A DNA stretch of 44,871 nucleotides from Candidatus Micrarchaeota archaeon (GTDB lineage Archaea; Micrarchaeota; Micrarchaeia; Anstonellales; Bilamarchaeaceae). The DNA lies in the NCBI GenBank assembly GCA_038046765.1, contig JBBSVN010000015.1, forward strand, positions 1 through 44,871, in the 5' to 3' direction. The notes beneath the pieces were generated by a model. It was not told the origin of the DNA, did no database searches, and was given only the letters and a program-made list of their open reading frames with translations. Numbering within the stretch: the first letter of the stretch is position 1; the number at the start of each line of letters is the position of its first letter. Position numbers and translations under genes: made by a program. Positions 37,621-44,871 of this stretch are shown here, piece by piece.

Positions 37621-37772
37621 ACTTATTATAAACTACATTTCTAACATATTTCTCGCGAGCATTATCAGTAAATACCGCGAATCGGCGTTGCATAAATGTT
37701 TTTCGAATGGCAACGCCAGCCGGTGTTCCATAGACTTATTATAAACTACATTTCTTATCTTATTCTCGCGAG
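37621..37772. repeat. 39-bp imperfect direct repeat (37621-37659, 37734-37772) flanking a GC-rich hairpin
   Basis: 34 of 39 identities by manual alignment; GGCGTTGC/GCAACGCC stem between the copies. Confidence 0.85.
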
Positions 37773-37845
37773 TAAAGTAGCGTATAAATAAACTTAGAGA
37801 AAAATAATCTCAAGTAAAATTTATTAAAATGTGTCACCAGTATTT

Positions 37846-37920
37846 CTAACGAGTAGCTAGATAAGTAACTACTAATACAATCGCGATAATAAATATGGTA
37901 AAAACCAGTTCGTCTGGCAT
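37846..37920 (-). CDS. 24-aa single-TM microprotein (not in ORF track)
   Basis: MPDELVFTIFIIAIVLVVTYLATR; TTTTAAAA box about 25 nt upstream fits a leaderless transcript. Confidence 0.5.
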   Translation of the reverse strand: MPDELVFTIFIIAIVLVVTYLATR

Positions 37921-38077
37921 ATAATAATATTAGCAGAGGACTTTTAAAAGATTAGCATTGGCCATTATACCTGTCCTGTTAAATCGCGCTAACTATCCCC
38001 AACACGCCAATCGCGCTGTTTGCGACGTTGTAGCTCCTAAAATCGTTCGTTCGTATGCAATTAATTGGTTTGGTATA

Positions 38078-38126
38078 GCTACCTGCTACGGGCTACAAGC
38101 TACATGCTACAGGCTACGTGCAACAT
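38078..38126. repeat. 7-bp tandem repeat (GCTACNN)x6 plus GCAACAT
   Basis: gctacct gctacgg gctacaa gctacat gctacag gctacgt gcaacat. Confidence 0.9.
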
Positions 38127-38128
38127 AT

Positions 38129-41100
38129 TTAGTATATTAAAGCACTGCACTTCCTGCACCTATTACCTCTAAATACGCGAGTGTAACAAGTTGGACAATC
38201 CATAAGATCTCCACGTTTACCGACCTTAAAGAATCTTTCGGCAGTTTCCCGGGCTTTTATTCCTTGTTCCTTGATTTCTTTTCCAATCTCACCAATTGGA
38301 GAACTTCCTTTGGATTTAATTTTTTGTACAAAGCTAACCGCAGTTTCCCTAATTGACCAGGATGGCACAAATGGAGTAAGTAAACCTAAACCACCGCTAT
38401 GCCAAAGATACCAAAATGGACCCATCCATGCATAAATTGGATTGTTAAGCGGACCAAAGTTACGAAGTTCTTCTTCGCTCCTTAATGCTTTGTATTCGGC
38501 CCGAACTTCTCTTCTAATTGTTGACCTAAATGCATTATCAATTATTGCCTTGTCTTCCTTGAAGTAAGAAGATTGTTTAGCCGCCCTAAATGCTAAGTAC
38601 TCGGCCATTGCGGGATCAATTTGTAGCGTAAAGCGATAATCGTACATGCTAGCTCCTGGATTTGCTTCACCAGTTCGAGCTGATGAATAAACACCTTCAC
38701 GAATAAACCAAATATCTTGTGGCGCTACACGAAGACCTTTACCAAAGTCACGACCTGCGAGCATACCTTTGATTTGACTAGTTTGTTGATAACCTAATGG
38801 CTTAATCTTTTCATGGATATCTATTTCATGACCCGCCATTTTTGTCCCTAGTAAGTCATCAAGTTTTCTTAATAGCCAAAACTCAGGAATACTAACCCGG
38901 TCATAAACATTAAACGGATTAAGTGAACTTAGTGCTTCAAGAGTTCTTGAACTACCCGCATTCCATGGCTTTAATGGATTAAAAGTTTGATCATACCTGC
39001 CGGCAGTTCCTTGCATCGCTCGTTGTATATTATTAAACATAAGAGCAGGGATATTGAAAACAGCTAGAGCAGCTTTCATGATTCTTCCCTGGTGGAAGTT
39101 AAACGCCCTTCTTTGCCATGGAGTTAAATCATTACCATAAACCATTTCTAATGGGTATGGATTTGCTGGACCAAAATGGAAAAATCCGCCATAAGATTGA
39201 TGCTGACCATAAGATGTCGAGTGTCTTCCAGGCGCTCTGTCTATTGCGACATCCCAGACCTGATGGTATGCACCATGAGCTAGTGCTTGTTCTTTATAAG
39301 CTGCTGCAATATCTTTACCTCTTTGCGGATTCCCAACGTCCTTAAGAATATCGTTCCATTTTGTAGTAAGAATGTCTTGAGATAACCTCCATGAGTGTAA
39401 TCGATAGTATTCGGAATATGGATTGACTTCGTATAGTGCATTATATAATGGACCCCCAGTTGCAAATGCTAATCTTGAGATCCCATGACCTAAATCAAGG
39501 AACCAGTTTCTTAGTGGCTGAAGCTTTAATGGAAAATCGAATTCTTTATCAGTAAAGTAACGGACTAACTGTGGTTGTAATGGTGCCGCGTCTTTCTTTG
39601 CGACTACACGTATATTATTAATTGCTTCTGTCCAGTCACCGCTGTTATTTGCATACCTATAAGTAATTGCAGCAACAACGCGTTCATCTTCAGTTTCCCG
39701 TGCCTCTTTAAGTAAAGTTTTCCAGTTGTAACTTCTGCCCCCCGGAGTTCCAACTTCTCTGGCAGGATTGGCTTCATCATGTAATATACTGTACGCGGCC
39801 TTTAGTTCTGGATCTTTAAGATCAACTTGCACAGTACCTGGGTCAAATCGTCTCCAGTTTCCATTCTTATCTTTAAACGCAACGCTACCCCCAACAATCC
39901 GGTCAAAGTCACTAATCGTCATTCCAGGAATGTATGGAACATATCCCCCTTCATAAAGCATTACCCATGGAGTTTTACCTCGGGTTAATTCATCGTAGGT
40001 TAGTTTTCGATTCATCTGCTTCATAAACAGATCATGGTTTTGTGTAAGTAATTCTTTTAGCCTTTGTGCATGGTTTACGTTTGAAACATCTAATTTTTCT
40101 ATTTCATCAGCTAGTACAGTATTTCTTCCGCCATCTTCCCTAAGTGCATATGCGAGCATTGCAGAAGCAAATTTAGCATAAACTGGAACTTGTAAGTGTG
40201 CTTGGTATGCTTCTGAAGAAAATACTGATTTGAAAAGGTTTTGCAAATCTGTTGAAACCATTTTTTCCATCCAGAGTTTTTTAGCTTCGGCTACTCGGTG
40301 CTTTGCATCGTATTCAAAAAACGCAGCGGATCTACGATCAGTTATACCTAATTTAGCAGCACCTTCGAGCATTTTTTTATCTAATGCGATTTCGATTTCT
40401 GGATCATAAACAGGTTGTTTATTTCTGGTGAATCTGTTTTGTAACCAGTTAGCAAGTGCAAAACCTTCACGATCCTGCATATCAAAGACCCAGTGGCGCT
40501 TCATATCTACTTTCCACCACTCGCGTCTTGGAGCGATTTCCCGATCTTCACCCGTAAAGATAATCTTTCCTTCAGGAGTTTCTTTTAAACCTGATGAGCC
40601 GCCCCAACTTGCGCGTCTTGCATCTAAACCCTTGTAAAAGGATTTGCCACCATAAAGCATTTCGCTTAGTTCCTGGAAGTTAGCAACTTCAACATCTTTA
40701 CCATATATTGCTTTAAATTCTCTTTTTCCTTCTTCAGTCATTAATTCTTTTAAGGTCTTAGTAACTCTCTGGTTTATGGCTCCAAATTGCTGTCCTTCGA
40801 GCATGAATTCCGGAACATTCATACTATTACGCCCAGCTAATGGATTAAGCGTAACTAACCGATTCACAACTTCAAGCCATGTAGCAAGAATTGAATCTTT
40901 TAATTTACCAGTTGAAAATCCATTTTCAACATCATACATGAACCGCCTTAAACTAAAAGTTTCCCAAAGATGATCATCACGAACTGCTTTTCCAATAGTA
41001 TACCTAAACTCGTTTGATTTTGAATTATATCCCTCATTTTTATTTTCATTATTATGTTCATTATGATGACTTTGTAAATGAGTATAAAGTGAAATAAGTT

Positions 41101-43081
41101 TTACATGTTCAAAACCCGGACGCTTAAAGGACTCATCAATTTGTTTAAGTTTTATTATTTCTCCGGAAACTTTTGAATCTAATTGAACATGCTGCGCCTC
41201 TGCAATATGAAGTATTTTAGTTGCCTTTTCTTCTTGGGTTATATCGGTTCTTTTTAGAACGCTTACGATTTGTGATTCAACTAATTGAAGTTCGCCTAAG
41301 ACCCGCGCCGTTATTCCGGCACGCTGTAAAATATCAACATCTTTATACCCCATTTCGACAATTTCTTTCATTGAAACATCAAAACGTATGCCGTATTTTT
41401 TTATTATTTCACGAATTACGTATTTTGAAATATCACGGTAAGCTTCTTCATAAATCATCTTATACATATAAGCCATTTTTTCTGCAATTGGTGAAGTTGC
41501 TCCAACTTCAAGACGATTTCCTGCAGCAGCGAGTAATTGACCCCGCCAACCTTCCCGCGTGGCATTCTTATTCTTAGCTGCTTTAGTCATCCCTGTTACA
41601 AGACCAATCGTACTTAGGACAAATCGTTGCCCTAATTTAGCACTTCTGACCCCTGAACCCCATGTAGATGTAAATGCACCACCAATATTAGGATACATTA
41701 CACCCCCAACCGTACTACCGAGGAATTTTTCAACATAGGAAGCATATTTAGCTTTTTTAGTTAAATCAGTTGCGCCAGTAGTTACCCCTAACCTTTGGTA
41801 TTGTACAGTCCCTAAATAATATTCACGAATTGTACGGGCAAGATATTTTTGTCTCCCAGTGGCGTTTTCATCAACCTGCCGAAGAATCTTACTAAACGTT
41901 TCGTGTTCTGCATCACTCCACGCTCCGATACCCTTTGAAATTAAGGGTTTTAAAATTTCTAATTTTGCTTTTCTTTGCGCTGGTTCGGCAACTTCCATAG
42001 TTAGTCCAGCAAAGGTCTTTGCAAACTTTTGACCGCGTGCATCTCCTTTTATTCCTTTTACAATTTCATTCACGCTAGCTAACAGGAAACCAAGACGGGG
42101 AGCTAAAACGGCATGCTCCTGATCAAAAATCTTTGCATTAATATCTAATTTTTTAGTTAAAGTTTTTTTAAGTTCGCTCCAACCATAAGGAGTTATAATT
42201 TGACCGCTAGCAGCTAAACTTTTTGGCGATGGTAGTTTTGGAGTAGTAAGATCTAGTATCGAAATAGGCGACCTTCCTGTAAAGTAAAGCGTAGCAAAAA
42301 GAAAACCAACAACGATAAAACCAAGAAGAAAGGCATCGTACTTTGGATCAAAAACATTGCTTGGTGGCAATAGTGCAGTATTAAGTTCGTCCTGAAAAAC
42401 AGATAAACTATTTGCTTTTGGATCGCATAACCTTGTACTTCCTGTCGCCGTACCTGATGTACTGAAGTATTCTGCAATTAGATCAACGCAAGTCCCATGG
42501 TAAATATTAACTCCGTTTGAGTCTGTTTTTGGAACTTCACAAAAACCATAATATAACGGAACTACTTTCCCGTTTGAATCTGTGAACGTCACGGGATTTC
42601 CATTTGAATCAACTTGAGGTGTATTAATAGTTAATTGAGAAAGACCTGTGTTTTGACATTGAAGTGTAATTTGCGAGCTACCTTTTTTATAGAACATTGA
42701 AACTTTTACATTGGATAATGAAGTAATAGCAGTTGGAGCATTTGATAGAGTTGATTGTAATTGATTTAAATTTGCAGGATCTACTACTCCCTGACTTGTA
42801 ACAAAATTCTGGAATGCAGTCTGAAGTGATGAAACTGTTTGTGTAGTTGATGCAGAGCATTTGTCAAACTGGGACTGCATGATATAAACTGAAACCCCAT
42901 CTAAGGAATTGACAGTACCAGTAGTTAAAATTAGAGAATTCTGATAAGTAGTAGCCTGATTTGGGGCTTGAGCAGGACAACTTAATGCAAGTACAGGCCC
43001 AGATAATATTGCTAGAGCTAGCATAAATACTATCGAAAAGATAGTAAATCTTGCCAGATTTAACCTTGTGTCTACTTGCAT
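38129..43081 (-). CDS. 1650-aa membrane-anchored hypothetical protein with C-terminal zinc ribbon
   Basis: Signal peptide, Cys/Ser/Thr-rich N domain, TM AFLLGFIVVGFLFATLYF, terminal CPTC...CRKC. Confidence 0.85.
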   Translation of the reverse strand: MQVDTRLNLARFTIFSIVFMLALAILSGPVLALSCPAQAPNQATTYQNSLILTTGTVNSLDGVSVYIMQSQFDKCSASTTQTVSSLQTAFQNFVTSQGVVDPANLNQLQSTLSNAPTAITSLSNVKVSMFYKKGSSQITLQCQNTGLSQLTINTPQVDSNGNPVTFTDSNGKVVPLYYGFCEVPKTDSNGVNIYHGTCVDLIAEYFSTSGTATGSTRLCDPKANSLSVFQDELNTALLPPSNVFDPKYDAFLLGFIVVGFLFATLYFTGRSPISILDLTTPKLPSPKSLAASGQIITPYGWSELKKTLTKKLDINAKIFDQEHAVLAPRLGFLLASVNEIVKGIKGDARGQKFAKTFAGLTMEVAEPAQRKAKLEILKPLISKGIGAWSDAEHETFSKILRQVDENATGRQKYLARTIREYYLGTVQYQRLGVTTGATDLTKKAKYASYVEKFLGSTVGGVMYPNIGGAFTSTWGSGVRSAKLGQRFVLSTIGLVTGMTKAAKNKNATREGWRGQLLAAAGNRLEVGATSPIAEKMAYMYKMIYEEAYRDISKYVIREIIKKYGIRFDVSMKEIVEMGYKDVDILQRAGITARVLGELQLVESQIVSVLKRTDITQEEKATKILHIAEAQHVQLDSKVSGEIIKLKQIDESFKRPGFEHVKLISLYTHLQSHHNEHNNENKNEGYNSKSNEFRYTIGKAVRDDHLWETFSLRRFMYDVENGFSTGKLKDSILATWLEVVNRLVTLNPLAGRNSMNVPEFMLEGQQFGAINQRVTKTLKELMTEEGKREFKAIYGKDVEVANFQELSEMLYGGKSFYKGLDARRASWGGSSGLKETPEGKIIFTGEDREIAPRREWWKVDMKRHWVFDMQDREGFALANWLQNRFTRNKQPVYDPEIEIALDKKMLEGAAKLGITDRRSAAFFEYDAKHRVAEAKKLWMEKMVSTDLQNLFKSVFSSEAYQAHLQVPVYAKFASAMLAYALREDGGRNTVLADEIEKLDVSNVNHAQRLKELLTQNHDLFMKQMNRKLTYDELTRGKTPWVMLYEGGYVPYIPGMTISDFDRIVGGSVAFKDKNGNWRRFDPGTVQVDLKDPELKAAYSILHDEANPAREVGTPGGRSYNWKTLLKEARETEDERVVAAITYRYANNSGDWTEAINNIRVVAKKDAAPLQPQLVRYFTDKEFDFPLKLQPLRNWFLDLGHGISRLAFATGGPLYNALYEVNPYSEYYRLHSWRLSQDILTTKWNDILKDVGNPQRGKDIAAAYKEQALAHGAYHQVWDVAIDRAPGRHSTSYGQHQSYGGFFHFGPANPYPLEMVYGNDLTPWQRRAFNFHQGRIMKAALAVFNIPALMFNNIQRAMQGTAGRYDQTFNPLKPWNAGSSRTLEALSSLNPFNVYDRVSIPEFWLLRKLDDLLGTKMAGHEIDIHEKIKPLGYQQTSQIKGMLAGRDFGKGLRVAPQDIWFIREGVYSSARTGEANPGASMYDYRFTLQIDPAMAEYLAFRAAKQSSYFKEDKAIIDNAFRSTIRREVRAEYKALRSEEELRNFGPLNNPIYAWMGPFWYLWHSGGLGLLTPFVPSWSIRETAVSFVQKIKSKGSSPIGEIGKEIKEQGIKARETAERFFKVGKRGDLMDCPTCYTRVFRGNRCRKCSALIY

Positions 43082-43193
43082 GGTTTAATGGCGACTTTTA
43101 GTATATTTAAATACCCATGGTTTAACTGTAAGAACAAATGCACAAAGCGACAAAAAATGTAGTTTTTTAATGATTTCGTAGCAAATAAGATTT

Positions 43194-44123
43194 ATGGAGA
43201 GCGAACCAGGCAAACGGGAATTGCTAAAAAGCAGAAAAGAGATAGAAAATAGAATACTTGAACAAATAGATAAAAATTTGGAGAGTACGAAGAACAGATG
43301 GATCATACTACATTCCTTACCTGGAGAAGGAAAAAGCGTATTAATTTCTGAAATAGAGCGTGAATGCAAAAAAAGAAAAATTAATATAATCAAGATTAAT
43401 GTAAAATGGCTAAATAATTCGAAGCAAATAATTGACAGACTAGAGCGAGAAATTTTAGTTAAAAATAGCTCGGAACAAAATAATTTAGTTATTTTAGAGG
43501 ATATAAAACAGTTGGATAAAAAACTTCAGCAGTGGTTTAAGCACAAATTAAAGGAATTTAATAGAGGAAACGGCAGATTAATTTTTTTACTAACTTCAAA
43601 TAACCAAAATCTAAATTTTAAAGATATGTTTGAAATCCATGAATTACCAGGGCTTAGCGACAATGAATGCAGAACTTTAGTAAATGATATACTAGAAAAG
43701 AATGAAATTAAAGCTGGTGAAGAATTTCTAAAGCAGATGATAAGGGACAGTGAGGGTAACCCTAAAATAATTAAAATAATTGTTTCATTTTTGTATAATA
43801 AGAGAGACATGCACGAAAGAATAATAACAAAGGCTCATTATGAGGAAAACTTTAATGAACTGATTGCACTTTTGGCCCAGATGATATTTGATGAATTTTA
43901 TTATAACTGTTCAGAACATGAAAAACAAATTTTGCAGTGCATAGCTAAAAATAATGCAGAGGCAACAGTAAGTCAGATTGCAGATAATTTAAATAAAAAA
44001 CTTAGTACAATAACAACATTAGTCTTAAGATTAAATAAAAAAGGAGATATTGTAAAAACACAACGGGGAAAATATAGATTATTTACAAAACTTTATGCAG
44101 ATTACTTAAAGATTTATGTTTAG
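43194..44123 (+). CDS. archaeal ATPase-like P-loop protein with C-terminal winged HTH
   Basis: Walker A-like SLPGEGKS, Walker B LVILED, GNPK motif, TVSQIADNLNKKLSTITTLVLRL. Confidence 0.8.
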   Translation: MESEPGKRELLKSRKEIENRILEQIDKNLESTKNRWIILHSLPGEGKSVLISEIERECKKRKINIIKINVKWLNNSKQIIDRLEREILVKNSSEQNNLVILEDIKQLDKKLQQWFKHKLKEFNRGNGRLIFLLTSNNQNLNFKDMFEIHELPGLSDNECRTLVNDILEKNEIKAGEEFLKQMIRDSEGNPKIIKIIVSFLYNKRDMHERIITKAHYEENFNELIALLAQMIFDEFYYNCSEHEKQILQCIAKNNAEATVSQIADNLNKKLSTITTLVLRLNKKGDIVKTQRGKYRLFTKLYADYLKIYV

Positions 44124-44668
44124 TTTGATGCTAGCACCCAATCCTGCTCAAATACGTTCTTAAAATCTTCAATGACATTTTGGTTCTGGATTATTACCCC
44201 TGCCTCGCGGTTAGTATTAAGCGCATTATTGCTAAAGTTAATTGACCCAACTAATAGAGTTTTTCCATCGATAAGCATAAACTTTGAATGAGTAAGTTCA
44301 TAGATTTTTGATGCCCACTTTGCAGCTATACCATAGCTAGATAGCTCATCAAAAGTTTTCTGATTATTTTTGGATTCTATACGTTTTTCTAATATGACCC
44401 TTATTTTTACGCCCCGGCTTTCGGCTCGTTTTAAGGCCAATATTATTTTTTGTGAGCTAAATGTATACATTTCGATATCTATGGTTTTTTGAGAACTATC
44501 GATTAGTGAAATAATCTGATCTTCTGAATTTGGCGAGAATATGGATAGAATTGAAACTGGAGTTATAAAGTAAAAATTAAAAAACCCAAAAATAAATATC
44601 CCTAAAACTAAGCCAATGGCAAGTATAACCAGGGATTTTTTGTTAATATTCATTTTAAGATCCAACAT
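44120..44668 (-). CDS. phospholipase D/Nuc family protein with one HKD motif and N-terminal anchor
   Basis: HSKFMLIDGKTLLVGSINFS...NREAG. Confidence 0.9.
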   Translation of the reverse strand: MLDLKMNINKKSLVILAIGLVLGIFIFGFFNFYFITPVSILSIFSPNSEDQIISLIDSSQKTIDIEMYTFSSQKIILALKRAESRGVKIRVILEKRIESKNNQKTFDELSSYGIAAKWASKIYELTHSKFMLIDGKTLLVGSINFSNNALNTNREAGVIIQNQNVIEDFKNVFEQDWVLASN

Positions 44669-44728
44669 TTCAACGTATCGTAAATTTCAACGGATTATAA
44701 AATTATAAAAATAAATAAATAAAAAGAG

Positions 44729-44871
44729 CTACTTTTGCATAGCTGATTTTTCCTGCTTCTTTGGCTTAAAAAATAACCACCTTGCAAGTACATAAATTAT
44801 AGCAAGAATGATTATTGCAGGTACCATAAATCCTAAGAGCCCCGCGATCATTAAAAGTGCGGTAGTTAATC
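44729..44871 (-). CDS. 3' end of a membrane protein (truncated by window edge)
   Basis: LTTALLMIAGLLGFMVPAIIILAIIYVLARWLFFKPKKQEKSAMQK*. Confidence 0.7.
   Translation of the reverse strand, partial: LTTALLMIAGLLGFMVPAIIILAIIYVLARWLFFKPKKQEKSAMQK

Noticed and set aside
37621..37772. Possible minimal CRISPR array
   Set aside because: Only two imperfect copies, a 74-nt self-complementary spacer, and no cas genes in the window
37955..38140. 5S rRNA, or the 60-aa + strand ORF
   Set aside because: No 5S conserved motifs; the ORF starts with TTG, lacks an RBS and runs through the heptamer repeat
39118..43393. Short antisense or alternative-frame ORFs over the giant gene and the ATPase (similar ones overlap ileS, rbcL, cdc48, truD)
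   Set aside because: Shadow ORFs of well-supported longer genes

Overview
AT-rich archaeal chromosome segment. It is most consistent with a DPANN lineage such as Micrarchaeota; this is inferred from a divergent 23S rRNA gene with no neighbouring 16S or 5S, tRNAs with D-loop introns, form III RuBisCO and an FtsZ2-type protein. Housekeeping genes are ileS, rfcS, cdc48, bud32, ppsA, ftsZ, truD, trm1 and a KaiC/RAD55-type ATPase. They are interspersed with toxin-antitoxin modules (RelBE, two PIN/VapBC-type, a Fic protein, an orphan antitoxin) and lineage-specific orphans. RNA-level features read directly from the sequence: two bulge-helix-bulge (BHB) introns in the 23S gene, several substitutions at normally invariant peptidyl-transferase-centre positions, a tRNA-His with a D-loop intron, and a tRNA-Ile with two introns. 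Unexplained candidates for new biology: a protein with tandem 90-aa HTH-like repeats fused to a degenerate methyltransferase fold, a repeated 'small paralogue + orphan' module after the 23S, a 1650-aa membrane-anchored giant, several highly structured intergenic elements, recurrent 7-bp-period intergenic tracts, and an ankyrin gene split by one in-frame TAG. All family assignments come from motif reading; no database searches were run.
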